NCBI GenBank assembly: GCA_038087875.1
Contig: CM075988.1
Span: 8,868,001 to 8,932,000, forward strand
Direction of reading: 5' to 3'
DNA length: 64,000 bases
DNA from: Malacoraja senta
Lineage: Eukaryota
The translations under genes were made by a program, and so were the position numbers. The notes under the pieces are model-generated. The model was not told the DNA's origin. It searched no databases and saw nothing but the letters and a program-made list of their open reading frames with translations. Below, one piece after another: positions 22,448 to 34,844 of the stretch; positions within the stretch are counted from its first letter, which is position 1; each line of letters begins with the position of its first letter.

Positions 22448-23265
22448 ACAACAAGTGATCCTCCGTCAGTTTCGCCACCTCCAACGTGACCCCACCACTC
22501 GCCACATCTTCCCATCTCCCCCTATGTCTGCCTTCCGCAAAGACCGCTCCCTCCGTAACTCCCTTGTCAATTCTTCCCTTCCCTCCCATACCACCCCCTC
22601 CCCTGGTACTTTCCCTTGCAACCGCAAGAGATGCAACACTTGTCCCTTCACTTCCCCCCTCCACTCCATTCCAGGACCCAAGCAGTCGTTCCAGGTGCGA
22701 CAGAGGTTCACCTGCATCTCCTCCAACCTCATCTATTGCATTCGCTGCTCTAGATGCCAGCTGATCTACATCGGTGAGACCAAGCGGAGGCTTGGCGATC
22801 GTTTCGCCGAACACCTCCGGTCGGTCCGCAATAACCAACCTGAACTCCCGGTGGCTCAGCACTTCAACTCCCCCTCCCATTCCGTATCTGACCTCTCTGT
22901 CCTGGGTCTCCTCCATGGCCACAGCGAGCAACACCGTAAATTGGAGGAAATGCACCTCATATTCCGCTTGGGCAGTCTACACCCTGGTGGCCTGAACGTT
23001 GAATTCTCCCAATTCTGCTAGCCCTGGCTGTCCCCTCCCCTTCATCAGCCATCTGGTTGTCTCCTCCCCTCCCCCAACCCTCGGGCTCCTCCTCCTCCTT
23101 TTCCTTTTTTCCTTTCTTCTCCCCACCCCCTATCAGTCTGAAGAAGGGTTTCGGCCCGAAACGTTACCTATTTCCTTCGCTCCATAGATGCTGCTGCACC
23201 CGCTGAGTTTCTCCAGCATTTTTGTGTACCTTCGATTTTCCAGCATCTGCAGTTCCTTCTTTAAC
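22448..23265 (+). mobile_element. 5'-truncated Penelope-like element with GIY-YIG endonuclease ORF
   Basis: ORF 22455-23021 has a Cys-rich linker and LIY...YIGET...RFAEH...HF...E...GLN motifs. 13-bp TSD CCCTCCTATAACT (22435-47 and 23266-78). Hammerhead-like core at 23138-65. Confidence 0.92.
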
Positions 23266-23607
23266 CCCTCCTATAACTTATCTACTCTCCACACCTGCAA
23301 GTGAAATTTAGTAAGAAAGTTTAATCAATGTTTTTTTTACCTTTTAAATTATCTTTCTTTATTCCATATCCCAGTGACATTATATGGCAGATCTGCAGAT
23401 GATGCAATTCTAGGGATTTCTGAGTAATTGAAACCAATTAAATTACAAAATTACAAAAATTTGGCTGAGAATGTACAGCATACGTTTATAAGTCATAGAA
23501 TCCAATTAAATGTAGTTTACTAATTTACTACTGTAATGATAAATTATTTTACATGTTCTTTTCTTGACTGTGAATATCTAACATTTTATTTTGATCTTCT
23601 TCTCTAG

Positions 23608-23733
23608 CAGTAGATTCCAAAAAGGGAACCCTGATTCTGAGGAACCTCACAATGGAGGATTCGGGAATATACCGATGCATGTCATCCAATGTCCTTGGGG
23701 AACAATCATGTCAGCTGACTTTGTCAGTCACAG
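23608..23733 (+). CDS. VSIG2: VSIG2-like exon 5 (second half of C2 Ig domain)
   Basis: Tandem acceptors TAG-CAG-TAG (exon start 23608, 23611 or 23614), donor G|GTAATG. Encodes DSKKGTLILRNLTMEDSGIYRCMSSNVLGEQSCQLTLSVT (DxGxYxC plus the second extra Cys). Confidence 0.92.
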
Positions 23734-26700
23734 GTAATGGGCAAATCTCTATTCCAATTTGGACACTTAAAACATCAGAAACAGAGTTAATTATGGCTAT
23801 GAGCAAACACTAACAGATGGTGTTAGGCAAAACTATTTACAACATCATTTTTCTGGATAGGTTTGAAACACCGTGCTTCACTGTCCTCTGACATCTTGTG
23901 AATGCGTGGGCGGAATTCAGTAAGATTTAGGACGATTATGGAAAATTGATTTTAATAATCCCAATATTAAAAAAGAGTCCGGACCAGAAATCAGTTTGTA
24001 CCTGTTCCTGGTGTGCTTAAACATTGTTGTGTTCAATATTACTGCCTTTGAGGTATGCTCAAAATATTGTAGCTGGTTAAACATTTCCATCTTCTTAGGC
24101 AGTCCCTCGGGATCGAGGAAGGCTTGCCTCATTATGTGTGAACCGCAAACTCATTCACGTATAATGAAGGTGGAGCCTGACAGGATGGGCAAGTGGGTCA
24201 TCTGTGAGGCGTGCACTCTTTCCACCACTAATGCAGGGATTGTGTGTGGCCCTCATGAATGGACTCATGGTTCTCAATCCTAACATATGCTCCTTCTCCA
24301 TTTTGAGTGATCTGGAGTCAAACATAGAGCAGTACAACACAGGAAAAGGTCCTTTGGCCCACAATATCAGTGCCAGACATAATGCCAAGACAAACTCTAA
24401 TCTGTTTGTGAACAATATCCCTTCATTCCATGCATATCCATGCACACACCCAATAGCCTCTTAAATGCCATCATTGTATCTGCCTCGACTACCACTCCTG
24501 GCAGCGTGTTCCAAGCACCCAGCACCCAGTGTGTAAAAACCTGCCCTGCACATCTCCTTTAAACTTTGCCCCTCTCACCCTAAAGTTGCTACTAGTATTT
24601 AATATTTCCATCCTGAGAAAAATATTTTGACTTTCTCACCTCTCTAGGCCTCCTATGATAATGTTATATACTTCTATGTCTCCTCTCAACTTACAGCATT
24701 CCAGAGAAAATAATCCAAGTCTGTCCAAACTCTCCTTGTAGCTAATACCCTCTAATCTAGACATCATTCTTGTCAATGGGAAGGTTGCGTTTTTTTCAAG
24801 GAGACTTTAAGGACATGCTTGAATTTTTTTCCTCTGCGGGTTTTTTTGTAACAGAGATTGGAGGTGAGTGCCTATTTTTAAGAGTCCAATGTTAAACATC
24901 CACACAACATGGCCTGCCTAACTCAGTCGATAGAAGATAATTAGGGGCTCATTGCTAAGATGTTAGCCTGGGGTGGGATACTGATATCAGTTTGTTGATT
25001 CCACCTGTGAAATTGTAAGATTTTGCTGAGTCAATATTGAGAGTCAAGAGTCATGTGTTTAATTATCATTTGCATCAGGAATAGAACTATGGAAGGGAAT
25101 ACAAAATGCTGGAGGAACTCAGCGGTTAGCAGAGAGGGAATTGTTTACAAAAGCTGTTTCCCTACCTTGGGGGTATCATATATAGTGAGTTCAGTGGATG
25201 TTACTGTTATATATGGTATTTTAAATGTCATGAATACTGAGATATTACCAGCTGGTGTTGTTTTCCACCTATTCTGTGATAAGTCAAGGCAAATTCACAA
25301 GAAGATCTCAGATTCATTTCCTATTCTGCGCCAAGCTAATGTTAAGTGATTTCAATCATAGAAGAAAGGCCCCACTACGTCAGGAAGGCTGCCAACGCTC
25401 AGTGCAAGTAAAGAACGGGTTGCAATCACATCACCAGAGGATTGTCAGAGAGAAAATAGGTCACACACGATGGCCCCTGTATTGACGGCAACTAATTCAT
25501 ATCTTTCCATGGAGGTTGCCAGAATTTTCAAACTAGCACCATAACTGCACATAGTCGATAGTATTCCAAGTATTGATGGACAACTAAACCATTCCTGAGG
25601 ACTGCTTCCATGTCTGAACTACTTGAGCACTACAGCAAAAAAATGGATTGTAAAACTGACAATGATTTTCCAATGTTGCTTTTCTTGTTTGGCATTAAAC
25701 TCTGCTTTTATTAGACTCCCCCACATAGCCCTTAGTCTTTGACGATTGAAAGCAGTCACTTTTGTGGAGGACAAAAGGTTTCTAACTGTACATTTACTCA
25801 TAATTATTAGGTATTTTCAACTCTAAGAACAGTTAGCTATCAGCAAGCAGAAATTACATACATTTATAATTTCTATGCTTTTCACAAACCTGCCTAGATT
25901 TAAGTCAGACAATATTTTCAATTAGCATTTACTTTCGCCTGATTATACCTCTGTCAAGGACATTTTAATGCAATAAGGTGTTATATTGTTCATTCTGGAG
26001 AAGATCATTCTCACAGACAATGTTGTCACGTAAAATTGGTCGAAAATTATATGAAAAAACATTAATTTTTATTTTTATTATTGTTTAAACAGAGGGTCTG
26101 ACATAAGGGGATGCCGATTCAAACTAATGAAAGATAATTTTAGGATTAAACTCAGGGGATATGTTTCCATGTGGATTGTGAAGTGATTGGGCAGAATGTG
26201 AAAATTAAAAATCCCCCTGTAAACTCTCTTATTCCCTTTGTGCTCTCTCTAATCTTATCCAGTCAATGACATCAGCTTTATGGATTCATGGATTCATAAG
26301 ATTCACATGGACAGAATGTCGTACAAATGGCACACCATGTGACTGTGATAAAAGTAAACTGTCGCTGCTAATTCTAGATCCATTAACAGGTTTTGACATG
26401 AATTAATTACAACATGCTCCTACAATTTTCTCCCATCAATATCCAGTTAAATGTGTGTAGTTCCAAGGACAAGGCCAAGACATCATCAAAAATGTTACTT
26501 CTGATGACCGCATGGTTTATCCTTCCATTATATGCAGCAACATCGTTGAAACCTAATGAGAGATGTCACATGTCTCTTTTTGACCTGTAACTCCACGTCC
26601 CTGCTACATCTCAGGACAACTCCAGAGTCTTTGCGCTGTGAAACTGTCAGAACTGCATGTGCAAAAAAAGACACAAAGTGAGGACAACCTCTTAAGAATG

Positions 26701-26849
26701 TCCCCCATGCATCTGGGTCTACTCAGAGCCTGGGCTGACCCCAGCCCTTGACCCTGTTGGGTTTTCATCATCACCTCCACCCCACAGTCCCCCTCCTTTC
26801 GAATGCAGAATAGCCAGTCCTAAGCAGTGGTCTTACCTTCGCATCCTTA

Positions 26850-27290
26850 AGGTCCTGTCTCACTTACACAATTTTGGTGATTTGCCAGCACCTGTTATAG
26901 TCACAGCAGGTCGACGAAAATTTTCATCATGTTGAAAATCCAGCGGCGACCAGAAAAAGGTACGACTCTTTAGGTGACTACTTACGACCATACAAGTGTC
27001 ACCACAACCATACAGTCTGAAGAAGGATTTCGGCCCGAAACGTTGCCTATCTCCTTCGCTCCATAGATGCTGCTGCACCCGCTGAGTTTCTCCAGCATTT
27101 TTGTGTACCACAACCATACAGGTGACATGTTGTGGGGTGACGCCTGTATGGTCGTGATTAGTCGCCCAAAGGGTCATACCTTTTTCTGGTCGCCGCTGGA
27201 TTTTCAACATGTTGAAAAATTTCGGCAACCTGCTGCAACTAAGACGGGTGCTGGCAGTAGCTGAAAAAATCGTGTAAGTGGGACACCCAC
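26850..27290. mobile_element. Harbinger-type palindromic MITE
   Basis: TIR TGTCYCACTTACAC with long internal inverted symmetry. Confidence 0.72.
27016..27106 (+). mobile_element. 91-bp Penelope-derived mini-insertion inside a Harbinger MITE
   Basis: 15-bp TSD ACCACAACCATACAG (27001-15 and 27107-21). Starts at TCTGAAGAAGG. Confidence 0.85.
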
Positions 27291-28753
27291 ACCTCAACAA
27301 TCAATCTGCAGAAGAGTCCCAATCCAAAATGTACTTCTCCAAAGGTGCTACCTGACCTGCTGAGTTACTCCAGCACTTTGTATCTTTTTTTGTAAACCAG
27401 AATCTGCAGTTCCTTGTATCTCTTTTAAATTGTAAAATCTGGTATTTTTCACTAAGTAGTGGAAAGATCAGCCTTGGTGCATGGTCTTTTGGTGATTATA
27501 CCCCAGTTTCTGGCAACTGCTAAGACTGAACAATAATGTTCAAATTGTTATTTCCAATCCTGAACACATATCTGTCTTATCACTAAGTATTTGTTTCCAG
27601 CTGTCTAGCTTTGCCTACTCTACCTCTGTCTCTATCCACATGTGCCTGAAACCTTCAATCACTTTGTTGTTGTCTCTAAACTTGCTTTCCTCATTCTAAC
27701 CTCTGTCAGTTTGCTGCTCCCATCTTGTGTGCCAACAATCCCACTCACCTACATCCAAGATTTATTCATCTACATTTGCTCATGCTGAAGCAATGCTTCA
27801 ATTAAAAAAAAAATTCACTCCTGTTTCCAAATCACTTCATGCACTCACCACTACCTAACTCCGTCATGTCTTTTGGCACTTTAACTCTTTGATATGCCTG
27901 CATACCTCCAATTTGGACCCTTGACTGTCCGTGAATTTAATTGTCCATCATCATTTGGCTAGGCTTTCGTGACAAGGTCCTGAGTCTTGGCGTTTTTCCC
28001 CCTGCATCTCTGACCATCTACCTCAATTTCCTCCCTTAATGCACTGCGTACAATTTACCCCTTTAACCAAGTTTCTGGTTATGTGCACCCAAACCCCCTC
28101 TCCCCCATATGCTTCAGTGTTACATCTTGTATGATATTACTTCTCTGAAAGTCCGAGGAATGTACTCTCATGAAAGACTCTCCAGCCATGTATATCATCG
28201 TGGAGTCACTGATGTGCAGCATTACATGAGTGTAATGGTTTGTGGCTGCATTCAGGCGGGCTGGATAACTGCCTTTTGCTGTAAGGAGGTTGTGACCTTC
28301 TGAAGGACAAAAATGAGCTGTCCTATCTGCAGCGAGAAGACCTGGTGGAGCTGCTGCCTCACAGCGCCAGAGACCCGGGGTTGATCCCAACCTCGGGTGC
28401 TGCCTGTGTGGGGTTTGCTTGTTCTCCCTGTGACTGCTTGTTTTCCTCCAACTGCTCTGGTTTCCTCCCACAATTCAATGACATGGGGGCTTGTGGGTCA
28501 ATTGGTCTCTGTAAATTGCCCCTAGACTGTAGGAAGTGGGAAAGTAGGATACCATAGAACTAGTGGGAACAGATGATCAACAGTCAGTGTGGACTCGATG
28601 GGCCGAAGGGCCTGTTTCCATGCTGTATCTCTAAACTAAACCAAATACTAACTATCATCTGATCAAACAAAGCTGCGTCTGAACCACATGTGGTGCAATG
28701 GACAACATTTCTACCTATTTTGTCTCACTGAGTAATAATTAATTTTCCCACAG

Positions 28754-28892
28754 TGAACAACAAGGCTGGAGTGATTATTGGCGCTGTGATTGGTACCCTT
28801 ATGGCTCTTATCCTGATCGCCGTCGTTGCCTACTACCTTTTTCATCAAAAGAAGGAGACGTCCAAGGACCACTACACGGGACATGAGTTGAG
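28754..28892 (+). CDS. VSIG2: VSIG2-like exon 6 (transmembrane)
   Basis: Acceptor ttcccacAG, donor AG|GTTTGG (phase 2). Encodes NNKAGVIIGAVIGTLMALILIAVVAYYLFHQKKETSKDHYTGHEL. Confidence 0.92.
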
Positions 28893-31800
28893 GTTTGGAT
28901 GCTTATGTTTTGTCTCAGTTGTTCTGACAAAGGAAGAGGGTAGCAATCTCTCTATACCATGGCCAATATATACATTACTGGAGTAGGGCATCTAATGATA
29001 TGCTCTGTAAACATAAGAAATAGAAGTAAGCCATGCAACCCATCTCATCTGTCTACCACTCAATAAATTCAAGGCTAATCTTTCACCGTAGCATCACCTA
29101 CCTGAGCCAACCACGTATCCTTTGATTCCCTTAATAGTTAAAGTCTACTGATCATTTTTTTGGATGTAGTCCAGAATTGAGCCTCCACAAGACGAGAATT
29201 TGAAAGATTGGCTATTGTTTGGGTGAAGGAAGCTTACATTTTTGTCCTGAATGGCTGACTCCTTATGTAGAAACACTGCTCTCTGCTCTTAGATAGCACA
29301 GCTAAGAGAAACATTTTCTCAACTTCTATTCTATCAGTCTGGTACTTGGATGAGTTATTGGACTAAAAATATTTGTTGTGCATAAAAAGGAAGTAAGCTG
29401 AATTAGAATGTATTTGGATTCAAAACGAGAAATATAAAGAGTGAAGGAAATATGGGGTTAAGTATGAAAGGATAAAAATACTGAAATTGTAAGAATATTA
29501 AATATTTGAATTATAAAAAATAATGTCTAGCATCACCTTGGTACTGAAAGAAATGAGACACAGTAGTTTTAATTATTTTCTTTCTAACCTTCTAACGTTA
29601 CACATGTCATATTAGTCAATGCTTACATTGTTTAGCATTAGCCCTACATTTCTGCATTGTATTTCTGGTGAAAAACCAGCAACTTCTTCAAACACATTGG
29701 GAAATCTTGTTTTATGAGGCTAACAGCAAGGTGTCACTAATCATTGCAGCAATTTATGTTGAAGCACAACTCACAGACTAATGCTTCCCTGCCAAATATT
29801 CCACGGCACCGATAGTTTAACTCAGCATTATTGTGCCAGCAGATTCTGCCCATTGAAATGTTTACATCATTTCCTTTCTGCACTAGTTTACTCAACCATT
29901 ATTTTTTTACTAGGTCATTGAGCAAAAGCAGGCAAGCAGACTGCTTGAAACAGAAGTAGACATGAGCATGATCCTCAAAGGATTTAGTCCCAAGCAAAGT
30001 TAAATGCTTTTATTGATATCCAGTGACCCTGACAGAACAGGTTAAGGCACTGCTTTGAACATAAAAATATATATTTTTTTACATGAAGAATGCCAACCAC
30101 CATGAAATATTAACAAATCATGGTTCTTTGAACTCGTATATTAAAAATTGTGGATATTTGATACAATTACAGGCAAGAGAAAACTGTTTATCTGGAGAAA
30201 TGTTCGTAACTAAAGAGAAGAAGTTTGAGATCATTTTCAAAAAGTGCTGAAATGTTTTGATTCATGTGAGTTGGGTGGCACTGTGGCATGGCTAGTAAAG
30301 CCACTGCCCCCATCATGGCAGTGTGCCGGGTTCGAACCCAACCTCCACCATTTTCTGCGTGGAATTTGTATATCCGCCCTTGCGACCATGTGGGCTTCTT
30401 CTGGTACACCAGTTACCTCTCACATGCCAAAAACATACAAGTTAGTAGGTTAATTTGTCCCTAACATGCAGATGAGAGGTAGAATCTGGAGGAATATGAT
30501 GGGAAAGTGGGGAGAGTAAAATGGGTTAGGGTAGAATGGATACTTGTTGAAGCGTTTGGTTGAAGAGGCCTGTTTCTGTGCTGTGTCACTCTGTGACTCT
30601 GAGTTGTTGAGAACCAGAATGCAATGTCTGAAGAGATAGGAAATACATTTTTTATCTCAACCTTCGAAAGATAATTGAGTATATTTTTGTAAAGGACATA
30701 GGGCAGCACAGAAGCGCGGCTGGTAGAGCTGCTGCCTCACAGCACCAGAGACCTGGGTTCGATCCTGTCCTCGGGTTTTGAGTTTGCAGTTTCTCCCTGT
30801 GACTGCATGGGTTTCCCCCAGGTGCTCCGCTTCCTTCCCACATCCCAAAGATGTGTTGCTTTGTAGGTTAATTGGCCTCTGTAAATTGTCCCTAATATAT
30901 AGGGAATGAATGTAAAATTGGAATAACAAAGAACCAGTGTGAAGATGGTCAGCATGGTCTCGGTGGGCCAAAGGGCCTCTTTCCATGCTATATCTTTAAG
31001 TTCAGTAAGACACAGTAATTGGAACATAGAGAAAACAGCGGAGTGAGACTAACTGTGTGGCTCATGGTAAGGTTGCCCCAGGCATAATGAACTACATGAA
31101 CTCCTTTTGTAGCTTGCTTCTATAATAAATAGCTCATTTATAATTGGTGATGATTTCTAATACTGTTAGTTTATTTGTGGACAAGGCAGTGCAACATTTT
31201 GTTGTCAAGGCAACATCAGGCCTCTGCCAATGGATTCATTTCACTAAAGGATGTCAGTCCAATAGTATGGGAATAAAATCTGTAACCTATTTTGATATGC
31301 CAGCACACAGTAAATTAAGCTTTTAGAGTAAAAGTATACCTTAGTAAAAATAACCATAGGAGGCAGCTGAGAAACAAGGAGCAGCAAATGCTGGAATCTT
31401 GCGTAAAACACAAAATGCTGGAGTAACTTAGCGGATTAGGCAGCATCTGCGGAAGAAATGGGTAAGCAACGGGTCTTCAGATTGGAGAAGGGTCCTGACC
31501 AGAAATGTCACCTATCCATTCCTTCCACAAATGCTGTCTGACCTGCTGAGTGACTCCAGCATTTTTGTGTTTTCTAGAAGGAAGGCATTTGGCCCATTAG
31601 GTCAATGCATTCCCATTATTCTTGTTCCCAACTTGTTTCCTTGTAACCTATTCCATTTCACTTGCCCGACAGCTCACATGGATTCTTCAGCTGCCCGCCT
31701 AATTTAGGGGTAATTTACCGCGTCCAGTTAACTAACATTCTGCATATCTTTGGGAGAAAGCCAGAGCACCAGGGAAAATAGTGAGAACATGATATTCCAC

Positions 31801-31917
31801 TCAGGCAACATTATAGCTCTGGACTGAACTTGGGTACCAGCAAACTGTGAAATATTAGTGCTTAAGTAAGTGTTACTTGCATCTTTGTTCAATGGTTGAA
31901 TCTTTTGTTGCTTTCAG

Positions 31918-32032
31918 AGAGGATGCAATGGCTCCTGGTAAAGAAACAAATTCCAATTTACTGCCATCATCTGCACACAACCAAGGAACCAGGTCAAACA
32001 GCATGAACTCAAAGTACAATATTGTTGTATGA
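31918..32032 (+). CDS. VSIG2: VSIG2-like exon 7 (cytoplasmic tail and stop)
   Basis: Acceptor ctttcAG. Encodes (R)EDAMAPGKETNSNLLPSSAHNQGTRSNSMNSKYNIVV-TGA. The LREDAxAPG motif and C-terminal xVV match recalled human VSIG2. Confidence 0.9.
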
Positions 32033-32164
32033 CCTCTCTCTAACCTCCAGCTCCATACTTTACAAAACTGAGAAATTAAGAGTTTAGATATTTAGAAAAG
32101 AAATCTCATTGCCTTTTTATATTTGTTTTGCACCTTAAAATTTCTTCGTATACATTGTTGTTAT

Positions 32165-32170
32165 AATAAA
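32165..32170 (+). terminator. Candidate polyadenylation signal of VSIG2
   Basis: AATAAA about 130 nt after the stop codon, in an AT-rich 3'UTR. Confidence 0.55.
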
Positions 32171-34844
32171 GCTGTTTTTGGCCCTGATCAAGACAATTGT
32201 TCAATGAATTCAGATGTACAAATATGACATTACATAAGGAATGAAGCCTAAAAATCACAACTCAATGAACTAATCATTATTTTTGCTTCTTGCTTTCCAA
32301 GACTTCTTTCGCACAGTGCTGCAATGCTAACTGCAGTAAGATAGCCCTCGCCACCTCCAGTCTCCCTGCAGTCTTCATCACATTCAAATGTTACCTCCTC
32401 CACCACATTTAGTGTATAGATGATAATGATACAGTTCAGAAATAACTTTTCTGAACACCTTCTCTTCAACTTAAATCTCGACAGTCAGAACCTTTTTCTC
32501 AGGGTGGAAATGTCAAAGGGTAGAGGGCATATCTTTAAGGTGGAGACAATTTATATTAAATGAACATGTACATTTAAACATACATGCCGACCAGCACATT
32601 GTCACAAAAATAGGATTGAGCATCGATAGATACATGAAGATAGACACAAAATGATGGAGTAACTCAGCGAGCCAGGCAGCATCTCTGGATAGAAGGAATG
32701 GGTGAGGTTTTGGGTCGAGATCCTTCTTTAGACCGATAGGTACATGATGGGTCGCACTGGCATGTAGGGTGAGGCCTAGTTTGACTCTATGATTCAATCA
32801 CTCACAGTATTAACACTGTATCAATTCACTTGTTATGATTTCAAGGTCAAAACATGGTGAATAGATCTATCATCCCTGAGTTTGCAGCTAATCCCGCTTC
32901 AAACACGGAATGGAATTGGTCCTGGCATCATGTTTGGCATAGGCAGCCTGTAATGTCATCGGGCATTTATATGGGGAAGGCTGAGTGTTTTGCCATTGGT
33001 GATAAATGTGGCAATCATTCAAAAAGGTTGGGAACCACGAGATCTGTCCTTTTAGCCTGGGGCATCCTCAGAGTACTTTCATTTGGAGTTCAAACATGGT
33101 GTAGAAGTACGTAAAATATGGTCTGTTGGGATAATAGAAAAGCTCAGGTCAGACATACAAAGTACTGAGAGCACATCAATGAACTCCATTTCAGTGACCT
33201 GTACCATGTACTGTAAGGAGTATGTGTTTGTGAACAAGCAGCATTTATTCATTGAAACTGCAGGCTATCATTTCATGAAATGTACCTCCCAAATTAATTC
33301 AGGCACATAGGTTGGAAAACACTGAACCTGTTACCAATGCCATCTGTGGATAATGCAGGAAACAGGCCCCCTGGCAATGGGCAAGACTTTCTTATCAAAA
33401 GCACTGTGTGATAAGGCAGGAAATTTGGCTCTTGTGAACTGCTGCCTTGGAACATGAAGAAGGAATTGTGAATTTGAAACAGATTTTCAACATCATGCAT
33501 GTTTCGGATTTGTTTTGAACATTTCCTGCTTGACCATCAGATTGGTAGCCTGTAAGGACCTTTAAGAAGGCCGAGTAGCGGAGATAGTGATGAAGTAGAC
33601 AACCCTAGGGCAGGCTGTGGAGCTGGTGGTGTGAAGAGAACGCTGGAGGATGAAAGGGTTATGGATGGGAAAAATCTGAAATCAGGATAGGAACTGGTGG
33701 TTGTCTAGTGCAGGAAAGTTTTGAGAGATTAATTGAAAAACATAGCATGGAAACAGACCCTTCGGCACACCGAATCCGCACCGCCTCAGGGCAATTTACA
33801 GAGGCCAATTGTGGGAAGAAACTGGAGCACCGCAAAGAAACTCATGTGGTCACAGAGAGAATGTGCAAACTCCACACAGACACCACCAGAGGTCAGGATC
33901 AAAGCCAGGTCTTTGGCGCTGTGAGGCAGTAGCTCAAGGATGAAGTGGCTTCCTCTGTTAGAGATGAGAAAAGAAAGTGCTGATTTTGCTATTAGTTGGG
34001 CCAAGAGATTATGAGGCTAGCTATTGACAGAAAGACCAGCCACATCGTCTTTCTTTCAATTATATCGTTATTCTACAGCACCTCATGACAAAATCCTAGT
34101 CCGTCAATTAAATGGTATGTAAGTCAGCCTCCACCAAAGTGAGGACAGGTGAAGTCTGCTACTGTTGTCTCTAGTCAAGGATTACTGCGTGACTGGAATA
34201 CACTTTATATACAAAGGGCAATATAATATGGGATACTTTTTCATGTGGATGTTCGTGACAAATTGATCACAAGGGACAAAAATAAACTGGTTGGTGGCTC
34301 CATATATTGTCTGCATGTCAAAGAGTGCCAAATAATAAAATCATTTGATTCAATCGATAAAAGTATGCCTGTTTCTACTGTACCTTTGACCAAATATTTA
34401 CATCTATTTCTTTCACCTGATATATATTATTTTTAGTTTTCAGCTGAACTTAAAATGAGAACACATAATTCATTTCATAGCTGTGACATTAGTGCCAACA
34501 TGAAGTATGCAGAACATATATCAAAAGTTTTGATTGATGATTGAAAGATATATGTTGAAAATGTGCCCTTTGACCGACGTCAACAACCGATCACTTATTC
34601 ACATTAGTTCTATATCCCACTTTTGCATCCACTCCCTACACATGAGGGGCAATTTACAAACACCAATTAATCTACAAACCTGCACATGTTTGGGATATGG
34701 GAGCAAACCCGTGTACCCAGACACAAGTAAAATGTGCAAACTCCACATGAGGTCAGGATGGAACCTGGTTCCCCGACGCTGTGAGGCACCAGCTCTACCA
34801 GCTGCACCACTGTGAGAGAGGCCGATGAAAATTCAGCATAATAA

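Noticed and set aside
21580..22515. Several overlapping 120-230 aa ORFs
   Set aside because: By-product of a GC-rich, internally duplicated repeat, with no domain motifs.
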